Of a stretch of DNA of 39,381 nt, positions 11,228 through 20,733 are shown one piece after another (the first letter of the stretch is position 1; every line of letters starts with the position of its first letter). The position numbers were made by a program, and so were the translations under genes. Source of the stretch: Ignavibacteria bacterium UBA6688 (GTDB lineage: Bacteria; Bacteroidota; Ignavibacteria; UBA10030); assembly GCA_002454845.1 (NCBI GenBank), contig DKJQ01000348.1, positions 1 to 39,381 of the forward strand. The letters run 5' to 3'. Below the pieces are notes generated by a model, which saw nothing but the letters and a program-made list of their open reading frames with translations, was not told where the DNA came from and did no database searches.

Positions 11228-12396
11228 GCAACGGCGTCGGCGCTGATACGGGAATAGAATTGGATTTGACCGAGGAAATGAAACTGCTTCAACGTTCTGT
11301 GCGCGATTTTGCAGAAGCGGAAATCAAACCTCACGTCATGAAGTATGATGAAGCCCAGGAGTTTCCGCTGGAGATTGTGAAAAAGATGGGCGAGCTTGGG
11401 TTCCTCGGGGTGACTGTCCCGGAAGAGCTCGGCGGGGCCGGGCTTTCCGCATCCGAGTTCATCATCATTATGGAAGAAATCTCCCGCGTCGATCCTTCGG
11501 TGGGGCTGACGCTCGCGGCACACAGCGGCCTGTGTCTCCAGCACATTGCGATGTTTGCCAATCCGGAGCAACGGAGGCGGTTCGTTCCCGACCTTGCCAC
11601 CGGGTCGAAAATCGGCGCGTGGTGCTTGACGGAGCCCGGGTCGGGGAGCGATGCCTCCGGATTGAAGACGACCGCCACGGCAGAAGGGGATTCGTACCTG
11701 GTGAACGGCTCGAAATGTTTTATCACCAATGGCTCATACGCCTCGACCTACGTTGTCATGGCAAAGACCGATCCAACGCAGGGGAACAAGGGTATTTCTG
11801 CCCTCATTGTTGAGCGGGACAGGGAGGGGGTCAGCGTCGGCAAAAAGGAGAACAAGCTGGGCATGCGGGCGAGCGACACCGTGACGATGATGTTCGACCA
11901 TGTCCGCGTGCCGAAGGAGAACCTTCTGGGAAATGCAGGGGAAGGGTTCAAGCAGGCCCTGGCCGTTCTTGACAGCGGCCGGGTGGGAATCGCAGCCCTC
12001 TCGGTGGGATTGGCGCAGGGGGCGCTCGAAGCAGCGATCCGGTACGCAAAGCAGCGGCAGGCGTTCGGAAAACCTATCGGTGAGTTCCAGGGTATCCAGT
12101 TCAAGATAGCCGATCTGGCGACCGAGCTTGAGGCCTCCAGGCTGCTTACCCGTCGTGCAGCATTGGCGAAGTCAAACGGCGAGGATATCAATCTCATCGC
12201 CGCCCAGGCCAAGCTCTTTGCCAGTGAGGCGGCCCAGAGGGCTGCCACGGAAGCCGTTCAGATTCATGGAGGATATGGTTTTATCAAAGAATTTCCTGTC
12301 GAGAAGTTCTACCGTGACGTAAAACTCCTTACCATTGGAGAAGGAACCTCGGAAGTACAACGGCTGGTCATCGCAAAGAACCTCCTCCATACGTAA
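11224..12396 (+). CDS. Acyl-CoA dehydrogenase, short/branched-chain type
   Basis: 390 aa. GAWCLTEPGSGSDA, CFITNG, QRQAFGKPI and the C-terminal IGEGTSEVQRLVIAK. The Glu in GEGT is the SCAD/MCAD-type catalytic base position; isovaleryl-CoA DH normally has Gly there. 4-nt overlap with meaB. Confidence 0.9.
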   Translation: MSNGVGADTGIELDLTEEMKLLQRSVRDFAEAEIKPHVMKYDEAQEFPLEIVKKMGELGFLGVTVPEELGGAGLSASEFIIIMEEISRVDPSVGLTLAAHSGLCLQHIAMFANPEQRRRFVPDLATGSKIGAWCLTEPGSGSDASGLKTTATAEGDSYLVNGSKCFITNGSYASTYVVMAKTDPTQGNKGISALIVERDREGVSVGKKENKLGMRASDTVTMMFDHVRVPKENLLGNAGEGFKQALAVLDSGRVGIAALSVGLAQGALEAAIRYAKQRQAFGKPIGEFQGIQFKIADLATELEASRLLTRRAALAKSNGEDINLIAAQAKLFASEAAQRAATEAVQIHGGYGFIKEFPVEKFYRDVKLLTIGEGTSEVQRLVIAKNLLHT

Positions 12397-12414
12397 CTCC
12401 CAACCACAGGGTCC

Positions 12415-15400
12415 ATGAAAAAACAAACTCTCTACGGCATTATTGCGCTTCTGTTCATCATCTCTGGCGCGACAGGTTTAATGTACCAAGTGGTATGGTT
12501 CAAATACCTCTCACTGTTCCTCGGCAACACAACCTATGCACAAACCGTTGTCCTTGCAACATTTATGGGGGGATTGGCGATCGGTGCGGCGCTTTGGGGC
12601 CGGCGCGCGGACACTTCGAAACGCCCGCTATTTCTCTACGCCGTGCTGGAGATCGTGATCGGTGTCTACTGTCTGTTCTATCCAACGCTTCTCGACTGGT
12701 GTAAATCAGCCTTCACCAGTGTTGTCATTTCCCTCCAACTGCAAAGCGACAGTACGGAAGTTCTCATGCTGAAGCTGGTGGTGAGCCTCCTCACCCTGCT
12801 CTTTCCCACCATCCTGATGGGAGGGACGTTGCCGATCCTCGTCCGGTTTATTTCGGAAAGGATCGAGGACGCGGGGCGCAATGTCGCGACGCTCTATTTC
12901 TTGAACAGCTTCGGCGCCGTTGTCGGATCCCTGTTGGCCGGGTTCTCCCTTATTCCACTGGTCGGCCTCTCGGTGACGGTGTACTCTGCGGCCGTCACCA
13001 ATATTCTCATAGGTTTTGTCTCGCTGATTCTGGTCTGGATGGGGCAACGACTCCCCGTTGGAGAGACCTTGCCCCGGAGGGAAGTGGACACCCGCATCGA
13101 TCCCCCCGCAGAAGTTGATCAAGTCCTGTATTCGTTCTCTTCCCGACAGGTGACCATGGCACTTGTTGTGGCGGGTCTGTCCGGCCTGACATCGATGATC
13201 TACGAAGTGGCCTGGGTACGGTTGATGATCCCTGTCCTCGGCTCCTCCACCTATTCGTACTCCTTGATGGTGGTTGCCTTCATCTCCGGTATCACGGTCG
13301 GAAGTTGGCTCGTCTCGACGCTCTTCGGAAAGATAAAAAATCTCTTTGGATTTCTGGCTCTCTGTCAGCTCGGCGTCGGTCTCTCCATGGCATTGACCTT
13401 ACCCCTGTATGGAATGATTCCGTACATCTTCTGGCAGGTTGGCCATATGCTCAGCCGGACCAGCGGCGCCTATCCCTTTTATCTTGGGAGCCAGTTTTTG
13501 TTCAGTTTCCTGATCATGTTCGTCCCCACAATTTTCCTTGGCATGACATTGCCGGTTGCAAGCCGGATTGCCATTCGGAGTATGGCAGTGCTGGGGCGAT
13601 CGGTCGGGAATGTGTTTTCCGTGAATACCATGGGAACCGTGATCGGATCCCTCGCTGCCGGACTTCTTCTCATACCCACGATCGGAGTGCGTCATGCTAT
13701 GGAGGTTGCGATGGTCGTGAACATCGTGCTGGCCGCGGGCGTGGTTGCGCTCGATACGGATGCACGAGTTCGTCGACGCCTGGCCATCCTTATCCCATGC
13801 GGAATCATCATCCTGGGATATTTTTCCCTGAGTGCGGATTGGAATCGGTCGGTGATGCTTTCCGGCACTTTTCGGAACATTGCCCGGAATGTTGAGCCCC
13901 CCTCCAGTTATGCGGAATTCAGGCAAGGAAATGAAATGGTGAGGGTATTATACTATAAAGAAGGGACTTCGATGACGGTGGGGGTTGTTGAGGGGCGCGG
14001 CGCGTTAGGGGAGCAAAAGATCCTTATGCTGAATGGCAAGGCAGATGCGTCATCGAAAGTCGACCTCCCGACGCAGGTGCTGCTTGGACAGATCCCGATG
14101 CTTCTCCATCCCCATGCTGATACGGCGCTGGTCATCGGTTACGGCAGCGGAGTCACTGTGGGGAGCATACTGACCCATCCCGTGAAGAAGGTCGAGTGTG
14201 TGGAAATTTCGTCGGAAGTGATTGAAGCATCTGTGCATTTTGAAGAGGTGAACAACAAGCCGTTGCAGGACCCGCGTGTCCGGATTGTCATCGACGACGC
14301 GCTCTCCTTCCTGAACCTCACCATGGGCCGGTACGACGTCATTGTCAGCGAGCCGTCCAACCCATGGATTGCCGGGATAGGTAATCTCTACACGCTGGAG
14401 TTCCTCCGGGAATGCAGGAATCGCCTTCGCCCGGGTGGGCTGATGGTCCAATGGGTGCAGCTGTATGAAACGAACGATGAAATCTTCAAAATGATTGCCA
14501 GGACGTTCCAATCCGTTTTCCCGAACGTCTCAGTGTGGCAATCGCTCGTCGGGGATGTTCTGCTCGTGGGTTCGATGGACCCACAGGTTCCCGATGAGCA
14601 ACTCCTGCAACGGAAACTTTCGGAGGACCCGGTCCGGCTTGACCTCAAACGCATCGACGTAACCGACGTTGCGACGGTGTATTCCCTCCGCATGCTTTCT
14701 CAGGAGCGACTTCGGGAGTACGCTGGACTTGGTCCCTTGAATACGGAACAGCTTCCCTTGCTTGAGTATTGGGCCCCCCGCGCGCTGTTCCTGAATGAAG
14801 GCAGCACTCAACTGCACCGGTTCGATGAACGTACTTCGTTTGGAGCGGTCCCCTCGTGGCTGGGGAAGTATTCCTTGAGTCAGGGCCTGACGGATACGGA
14901 GCGGCTGAACGTCGGGCTCTTCCATTCGGAATCGACGCGCGGCAACAGGGTGCTGGCCTACGCCATGCTCGCCGAGTATGTCCGGTCTCATCCTGATGAT
15001 TTCCGGGCTCTTTGGCAACTGGCATCGTTGTGCGGGCAGTTGAACAGGGGCCAGGAGCAACTCCAGCATCATCGCCGGTTGGCCGAACTCCGGCCGGACG
15101 ATCCGGAAATGATCAGCGCGTATGCATGGCAAAAGTTTTCTTTTGAACGTGCCGTTGCCAGCAGTGTCGGTGGACTAGACATCCGGGTCTCGGAACAACT
15201 CTTCAAACGAAGCATCGCCCTGACCGGCGACAGCATGTATTACCACCGGGCGAAGCTGGGTGATCTCTATTACAATACCGGCCTCTACGCGCAAGCCGCG
15301 GAGCAGTACCGTGCTGTTCTCAAGATGCAGAATACGAGTGCGGAGGATAGACGTATCCGTCAGGATCTCATGCTCTATCAGCTTGCCCGGTCGCTGACGT

Positions 15401-15528
15401 ATACCGGGGATTACAAACGCGCTCTGGGATACGCCGTACAGGCGACGATGTTCAATCCGAAGCTTGAAGAGGCAAGGAGTTTGGTCTACACGCTTTGGAT
15501 GAGGGGGATGCAACCCCCCGTGCAATAA
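12415..15528 (+). CDS. Fused polytopic membrane domain / spermidine-synthase-like domain / C-terminal TPR-like repeats
   Basis: 1037 aa. The first ~470 aa consist of many hydrophobic helices. The central region is ALVIGYGSGVTVGS...VECVEIS...IVIDDA...YDVIVSEPSNPWIAGIGNLYTLEF...LRPGGLMVQW. The C-terminus is TPR-like (GDLYYNTGLYAQAAEQYRAVLKM, YKRALGYAVQATMFNPKLEEA). Confidence 0.8.
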   Translation: MKKQTLYGIIALLFIISGATGLMYQVVWFKYLSLFLGNTTYAQTVVLATFMGGLAIGAALWGRRADTSKRPLFLYAVLEIVIGVYCLFYPTLLDWCKSAFTSVVISLQLQSDSTEVLMLKLVVSLLTLLFPTILMGGTLPILVRFISERIEDAGRNVATLYFLNSFGAVVGSLLAGFSLIPLVGLSVTVYSAAVTNILIGFVSLILVWMGQRLPVGETLPRREVDTRIDPPAEVDQVLYSFSSRQVTMALVVAGLSGLTSMIYEVAWVRLMIPVLGSSTYSYSLMVVAFISGITVGSWLVSTLFGKIKNLFGFLALCQLGVGLSMALTLPLYGMIPYIFWQVGHMLSRTSGAYPFYLGSQFLFSFLIMFVPTIFLGMTLPVASRIAIRSMAVLGRSVGNVFSVNTMGTVIGSLAAGLLLIPTIGVRHAMEVAMVVNIVLAAGVVALDTDARVRRRLAILIPCGIIILGYFSLSADWNRSVMLSGTFRNIARNVEPPSSYAEFRQGNEMVRVLYYKEGTSMTVGVVEGRGALGEQKILMLNGKADASSKVDLPTQVLLGQIPMLLHPHADTALVIGYGSGVTVGSILTHPVKKVECVEISSEVIEASVHFEEVNNKPLQDPRVRIVIDDALSFLNLTMGRYDVIVSEPSNPWIAGIGNLYTLEFLRECRNRLRPGGLMVQWVQLYETNDEIFKMIARTFQSVFPNVSVWQSLVGDVLLVGSMDPQVPDEQLLQRKLSEDPVRLDLKRIDVTDVATVYSLRMLSQERLREYAGLGPLNTEQLPLLEYWAPRALFLNEGSTQLHRFDERTSFGAVPSWLGKYSLSQGLTDTERLNVGLFHSESTRGNRVLAYAMLAEYVRSHPDDFRALWQLASLCGQLNRGQEQLQHHRRLAELRPDDPEMISAYAWQKFSFERAVASSVGGLDIRVSEQLFKRSIALTGDSMYYHRAKLGDLYYNTGLYAQAAEQYRAVLKMQNTSAEDRRIRQDLMLYQLARSLTYTGDYKRALGYAVQATMFNPKLEEARSLVYTLWMRGMQPPVQ

Positions 15529-15547
15529 TCATGTACCTCTACGGCCT

Positions 15548-17212
15548 ATGGAGAGTATGACACTTCTCGGAAGTGAAATAAAGCGGGATTCCGGCTACTC
15601 GAAGAACGAGGAACACACCCGCTCGCTTCTCCGTGCGCTGAGTCGACAAACGGACCTTGTGAAACTCGGGGGTGGTGCGGCTGCGATCGAGCGGCATCGG
15701 AAGAAGGGCAAAATGTTTGTCCGGGAGCGGATCGAGGCGTTGATCGACCCCGGGAGCCGGTTCATGGAAATCGGGTTGTTTGCGGCCCATGGAATGTACG
15801 AAGAGTATGGTGGTGCCCCGTCGTCGGGCACGGTCTTCGGAATCGGCAAGATCCACGGCCGCGATGTCGTGATCGTAGCCAACGATGCGACCGTCAAGGC
15901 CGGTGCGTGGTTCCCGATGACATGCAAGAAGAACCTCCGCGCCCAGGAGATCGCCCTTGAGAACAGGCTGCCCCTCGTCTATCTCGTCGATTCTGCGGGC
16001 GTTTTCCTTCCACTCCAGTCGGAGATTTTTCCTGACAAGGAGCATTTCGGCCGGATTTTTCGGAACAACGCCGTTTTGTCCTCCCTGGGTATCGTTCAGA
16101 TTGCCGCGATTATGGGGCCGTGTGTTGCCGGCGGGGCGTACCTTCCGATCATGAGCGATGAGGCGATGATCGTCGAAGGGACAGGCAGTGTTTTCCTCGC
16201 AGGCTCTCATCTCGTCAAGGCGGCGATCGGCGAAGAGATCGATAACGAATCCCTCGGTGGCGCTTCCGTCCAATGTGAGATCAGCGGCGTGACGGATCAC
16301 AAGATGAAGGACGACCGTGAGTGTCTGGAAAAAATCCGCAGCATCGTTTCAAAATTGGGGAGACGGCCGCAGGCCGGGTTCAATCGTGAATCGCCGCGCC
16401 CGCCCCGATTCTCCTCCGAGGAACTGTACGGGATTATTCCCGCCGATCGGTCGAAACCCTACGATACCTTTCAGATCCTCGCACGGCTGATCGATGGAGG
16501 GGATTTCGACGAGTATAAGGCGGGCTTCGGGAAAACCATCATCACCGGATATGCCCGGATAGACGGATGGGCGGTCGGAATCGTGGCCAACCAGCGTTCT
16601 GTGGTGAAAACTTCGGGGGGAGAGATGCAGGTCGGAGGTGTTATCTACAGCGACAGCGCCGACAAGGCAGCCCGGTTCATTATGAATTGTAATCAGAAGT
16701 TGATCCCGCTTGTTTTTCTTCAGGATGTGACCGGGTTCATGGTGGGCAGCCGCGCAGAGCAGGGAGGGATCATCAAGGATGGAGCGAAGATGGTCAACGC
16801 CGTCGCCAACAGCGTTGTCCCAAAATTCACCTTTCTTATCGGCAACAGTTATGGGGCGGGGAATTACGCGATGTGCGGCAAGGCCTACGACCCGCGGTTG
16901 ATCTATGCATGGCCTTCGGCACAAATCGCCGTGATGGGGGGGAAGCAGTCAAGTGAGACGCTCCTCGGAATCAAAGTCCAGGCCATGGAAAAAGGGGGAA
17001 AGCATATCACCAGTGAGGAGCAGGGGAACCTGCTGAAGGAGATTCAGGACCGCTATAATACGGAATTGGACCCCCTCTTTGCCGCGGCCCGCCTTTGGGT
17101 GGATGGAATTATCGATCCGGTTGAAACTCGCGACCTCGTTTCCCGTGGAATAGAGATGGCAAACTGTAACCCGGACATCCCGAGGTTCAATGCCGGTATC
17201 CTTCAGACGTGA
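15548..17212 (+). CDS. Acyl-CoA carboxylase carboxyltransferase (beta) subunit, methylcrotonyl-CoA carboxylase-like
   Basis: 554 aa. Motifs are HRKKGKMFVRERIEALIDPGS, VANDATVKAGAWFPMT.KK.LRAQEIALENRLPLVYLVDSAG, MGPCVAGGAYLP and a second CT half (NSYGAGNYAMCG). Substrate (methylcrotonyl-, propionyl- or glutaconyl-CoA) cannot be decided by eye. Confidence 0.85.
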   Translation: MESMTLLGSEIKRDSGYSKNEEHTRSLLRALSRQTDLVKLGGGAAAIERHRKKGKMFVRERIEALIDPGSRFMEIGLFAAHGMYEEYGGAPSSGTVFGIGKIHGRDVVIVANDATVKAGAWFPMTCKKNLRAQEIALENRLPLVYLVDSAGVFLPLQSEIFPDKEHFGRIFRNNAVLSSLGIVQIAAIMGPCVAGGAYLPIMSDEAMIVEGTGSVFLAGSHLVKAAIGEEIDNESLGGASVQCEISGVTDHKMKDDRECLEKIRSIVSKLGRRPQAGFNRESPRPPRFSSEELYGIIPADRSKPYDTFQILARLIDGGDFDEYKAGFGKTIITGYARIDGWAVGIVANQRSVVKTSGGEMQVGGVIYSDSADKAARFIMNCNQKLIPLVFLQDVTGFMVGSRAEQGGIIKDGAKMVNAVANSVVPKFTFLIGNSYGAGNYAMCGKAYDPRLIYAWPSAQIAVMGGKQSSETLLGIKVQAMEKGGKHITSEEQGNLLKEIQDRYNTELDPLFAAARLWVDGIIDPVETRDLVSRGIEMANCNPDIPRFNAGILQT

Positions 17213-17291
17213 CGGAGGATTGTTCCGGTAAGGTCTCGGCCATGCTCCATTCCTTTTTTCGGGAATATCACGGCTCGATCGAGTTCAGAGT

Positions 17292-18029
17292 ATGCGCGTC
17301 TGCGTAACACGATGGATGGTGTGTCTGTCCCTTCTCGGCCTCGGCCCCCTTCCGCTCGCCGCCCAATGCGGTGACAACCCCGGACCGGATGGATTGACAT
17401 GGAGTTTTGACGAAGGTGAAAATGACGGGTTTTCCCTGTTCAAAGCACTCGGCGAGCTCTTTACGCCGGAAATGATTAAGGATACTCGCCGGATTCGGGC
17501 TTATGTGCGCGATGAGCGGTTTGGTGCTCTGCTTCGGCTTTGCGGAGATATGCGGGCCGTGGACGCCATTTACATGAAAGCCCTGAAGATCACACGGTAC
17601 AATATCTCCCGCGCTCTGTTCCTGTCCATGATGGCGACGTTGGAACATCGCAATGTCGATGTGAAGTTGCCGGTGCTCGGAGCAGTCGGATTGCCATTGA
17701 CTTTTGAAGAGGACAGCCTGTTTCTCCTCCGCCGGAACAGCCTTCCCTCGCGGCTCTATCGCGACACGCCGGAGGGAGAACACGGTGACAAGGATAAACT
17801 GCAGCATTTCTTTGCCTCGGCATACATCGCCTATGCCTCCGAGTCCCGCGACGTCGCCCGTGCCTCCGGGAATTTTGTCGAGTGGGGGGAAGCGCAATTC
17901 ATCGTCGGCGGCGTGGATGACCCCCGCGATAAGCGGGCCAACAGACAGGGGGAACGGTTCGGACATGATTTGATCACGGTCAGCAACATGCTGCCGTCGG
18001 ACTATTTCAACTTACGGGTGGACGACTGA
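17292..18029 (+). CDS. Hypothetical secreted protein
   Basis: 245 aa. N-terminal signal-peptide-like MRVCVTRWMVCLSLLGLGPLPLAAQ. I recognise no domain. Coding is supported by tight packing between flanking genes (3-nt gap to the next gene). Confidence 0.55.
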   Translation: MRVCVTRWMVCLSLLGLGPLPLAAQCGDNPGPDGLTWSFDEGENDGFSLFKALGELFTPEMIKDTRRIRAYVRDERFGALLRLCGDMRAVDAIYMKALKITRYNISRALFLSMMATLEHRNVDVKLPVLGAVGLPLTFEEDSLFLLRRNSLPSRLYRDTPEGEHGDKDKLQHFFASAYIAYASESRDVARASGNFVEWGEAQFIVGGVDDPRDKRANRQGERFGHDLITVSNMLPSDYFNLRVDD

Positions 18030-18032
18030 CGT

Positions 18033-19409
18033 ATGAAACGAATCCTTGTGGTGGATGACGAGAAGGGCGTTCGCGACTCCCTCAAGATGATCCTCGAATA
18101 CGAGAAGTACGAAGTATCGTTTGCCGAGAACGGTGAACATGCCCTGAAGCAGCTCGCCGCGACTCCGCCCGATCTCATGCTGTTGGATGTCAAAATGGCC
18201 GGCATGGATGGTCTCGAGGTTTTACAGAGCGTCCGGGAGAAAAATGTTGATCTTCCGGTGGTCATGATCTCCGGCCACGGCACCGTGGAAACCGCCGTGG
18301 AGGCCACGAAGCTCGGCGCGTTCGACTTTCTCCCAAAGCCGCTCGATCGGGACAAGCTTCTCGTCACGGTCCGAAACGCCCTTCATCAGGCAAACCTCTC
18401 GGAAGAGTACCGCAAGCTGCGGGAGTCAGTCGAAGGGAGGTGGCGGATTCTTGGCGAGAGTCTGAAAATCAAGGAAATTCTCTCTCTCATCGACCGGGTC
18501 GCACCGACCGACGTGCGCGTGCTGATCACCGGGGAAAATGGAACGGGCAAGGAACTCGTGGCGCGCGCCCTACATCGGAAAAGTAAGCGGACATCCAAAC
18601 CTCTCGTGGAAGTCAATTGTGCCGCCATCCCGGCGGAGTTGATCGAGTCGGAACTCTTTGGACATGAGAAGGGATCGTTTACCGGCGCCACAGCACAACG
18701 CGTCGGCAAGTTCGAGCAGGCCGATGGCGGGACGTTGTTTCTTGATGAGATCGGGGATATGAGCCTTCAGGCGCAGGCGAAGGTGCTGAGGGTGTTGGAG
18801 GAAGGAAAGGTGGAACGAGTAGGGGGCAATAAGCTGATCCCTGTCGATGTCCGGGTGATCGCTGCCACCAATAAGGAGATCCAGGAACAAGTACAAGGGG
18901 GAAATTTCAGGGACGATCTGTATCATCGACTCAAGGTTATTCCCATTCACGTCCCACCGTTGCGGGAACGACGTGAGGATATTCCGTTGCTGGCAGAAGC
19001 ATTTCTGGAGGAGGTTTGCGCGCGGAACGGTTTGCCCCGCAAGTCGTTCCCGGAGGAGGCACTTGGGAAGCTTTCATCGCTTGCGTGGCCGGGTAATGTG
19101 CGGGAGTTGAAGAATACCGTAGAGCGGCTGGCGATCCTTTCCCCGGGGATGTCGATTGACCTTGCGCTTCTCGACGCCGGGGTGGTTCAGGGGAGGGGGG
19201 AATTCGATTCGATCCTGAATGCGGGGGGGACGTTCCAGGAGTTTAAGGAGCGGGCGGAGGCGGCCTTTATCAAGAAGCAGCTCGAGTTGAACAAATGGAA
19301 TATTTCCAAGACAGCGGAATCACTCGACATACAGCGAAGCCACCTCTACACGAAAATGAAACGGTACGGGTTGATGAAGGAAGGGGAGGCGGAAACCTCT
19401 GAGACGTAA
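18033..19409 (+). CDS. Sigma-54-dependent transcriptional activator, NtrC family (REC + AAA+ + Fis HTH), no cognate kinase adjacent
   Basis: 458 aa. ILVVDDEKG...[11 protein letters not shown]..., Walker [40 protein letters not shown], and the C-terminal [23 protein letters not shown]. Confidence 0.9.
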   Translation: MKRILVVDDEKGVRDSLKMILEYEKYEVSFAENGEHALKQLAATPPDLMLLDVKMAGMDGLEVLQSVREKNVDLPVVMISGHGTVETAVEATKLGAFDFLPKPLDRDKLLVTVRNALHQANLSEEYRKLRESVEGRWRILGESLKIKEILSLIDRVAPTDVRVLITGENGTGKELVARALHRKSKRTSKPLVEVNCAAIPAELIESELFGHEKGSFTGATAQRVGKFEQADGGTLFLDEIGDMSLQAQAKVLRVLEEGKVERVGGNKLIPVDVRVIAATNKEIQEQVQGGNFRDDLYHRLKVIPIHVPPLRERREDIPLLAEAFLEEVCARNGLPRKSFPEEALGKLSSLAWPGNVRELKNTVERLAILSPGMSIDLALLDAGVVQGRGEFDSILNAGGTFQEFKERAEAAFIKKQLELNKWNISKTAESLDIQRSHLYTKMKRYGLMKEGEAETSET

Positions 19410-19492
19410 CCACGGATGGTACACCGATGGGGGCTGTTGGCAAGAGAGCTTCCTTGAGACCTCCGGGTCCGTACGCGATATTGCTTATCCTC

Positions 19493-20242
19493 CTAAGATT
19501 GCTTACCCGGCTTCCTTCTCTTCCTTGCCGCTTCGAACAGAACCAATCCCCCCGCGACCGACGCATTGAGCGACCCGATCTTTCCGTACATCGGAATCGT
19601 GACAAGAAAATCACATTTCTCTTTGACCAGTCGACGCATTCCCTTTCCTTCACTTCCCACGACGATCGCGATCGGACCGTTGAAGTCCACATCATCGTAG
19701 TGGCGATCTCCTCCTATCTCCGTGCCGATAATCCAGCACCCCTGTTCCTTGAGCGATTCCAGGGCCTGGGCGATGTTGGTGACGCGGGCGACCGGGAGGT
19801 GCAGTGCGGCCCCCGCTGAAGTTTTGACCACCGTTTGATTGACTGTGGTCGAGTGATGTTTGGGGATGACCACTCCGTGGACACCGGCACACTCCGCGGT
19901 GCGTATCAGCGCGCCGAGGTTATGCGGATCCTCGATTTCATCCAGCACAAGGACAAATGGTGGCTCACCCTGTTCCCGTGCCATGGCCAGTATTTCCTCC
20001 ACCTCGACGTACTCTTTCACACCAACCTGGGCTGCAACCCCCTGGGTGGCTTCGTCGTCGCACATTGCCTTGAACCGATGCTTGTCCACCTCTCCCACGG
20101 GGATGCCGCGTTGTTTCGCCAGGCGCCGGATCTGCTGTATGGCGCCTCCATGTGAGCCGAAGACGATGAAAATCTTCTCCAGAGCGCTCCCCGATTGAAG
20201 CGCCTCGAGTACCGGTTGTCGCCCTGTCAGCATGGTTGTCAT
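19493..20242 (-). CDS. rlmB: 23S rRNA 2'-O-ribose methyltransferase, SpoU/TrmH family (RlmB-like)
   Basis: 249 aa. N-terminal SpoU substrate-binding domain, then LDEIEDPHNLGALIRTA, IVVGSEGKGMRRLV and GKIGSLNASVAGGLVLFE. Confidence 0.85.
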   Translation of the reverse strand: MTTMLTGRQPVLEALQSGSALEKIFIVFGSHGGAIQQIRRLAKQRGIPVGEVDKHRFKAMCDDEATQGVAAQVGVKEYVEVEEILAMAREQGEPPFVLVLDEIEDPHNLGALIRTAECAGVHGVVIPKHHSTTVNQTVVKTSAGAALHLPVARVTNIAQALESLKEQGCWIIGTEIGGDRHYDDVDFNGPIAIVVGSEGKGMRRLVKEKCDFLVTIPMYGKIGSLNASVAGGLVLFEAARKRRKPGKQS

Positions 20243-20733
20243 AAGGAGGGAGAGGGGGAACCCGGAGCCGTGGAAGTTGGACCGGATAAAGCGTAGGCCG
20301 CGCGCAGCCGTTCCAGCCGGCGCTGGTCACGTTTTTCGAGGTAGAGACCGAGAAGGAAAACACCGATACCGGAGAGAAAGAAATATAAGTCCATCCACAT
20401 ATTACCCAACAAGCCGTACATGAAGCCGAAGGCCGTCGTTACCATCCCGAGGGCTTCGAGAAATTTCCCGGCATAGAAAGCGAGTGACGGTTTGGGGGCT
20501 TTGGCCATGGCGCCGGCCAGTTGGGCCTCGGAGGTCACACTTCGAAACACGCGTGTTCCGTCCACGACCACAACGGGGACGGCAAGAAAGTACTCATCGT
20601 ACTTTGGGTGATCCGGATGGAGCTCGATCTCGCGAAGCTCGAACGGAGCAAGTCGCTGCTTCTCCTTCAGCAACGTCCTGACCTCCTTACACAGTCCACA
20701 TCCCTCCGTGACGTATAATTCAATCACCTGCAT
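20239..20733 (-). CDS. Glutaredoxin/thioredoxin-fold protein (CGLC motif) fused to a C-terminal two-helix membrane anchor
   Basis: 164 aa. MQVIELYVTEGCGLCKEV...VPVVVVDG is glutaredoxin-2-like. Hydrophobic stretches FLEALGMVTTAFGFMYGLLG and LYFFLSGIGVFLLGLYL follow. It overlaps lgt by 1 nt and rlmB by 4 nt. Confidence 0.6.
   Translation of the reverse strand: MQVIELYVTEGCGLCKEVRTLLKEKQRLAPFELREIELHPDHPKYDEYFLAVPVVVVDGTRVFRSVTSEAQLAGAMAKAPKPSLAFYAGKFLEALGMVTTAFGFMYGLLGNMWMDLYFFLSGIGVFLLGLYLEKRDQRRLERLRAAYALSGPTSTAPGSPSPSL

Noticed and set aside
17240-17270. ATTCC-ttttttcg-GGAAT hairpin after the carboxyltransferase gene as a terminator
   Set aside because: The stem is only 5 bp and AT-rich, the loop is large, and no T-run follows.
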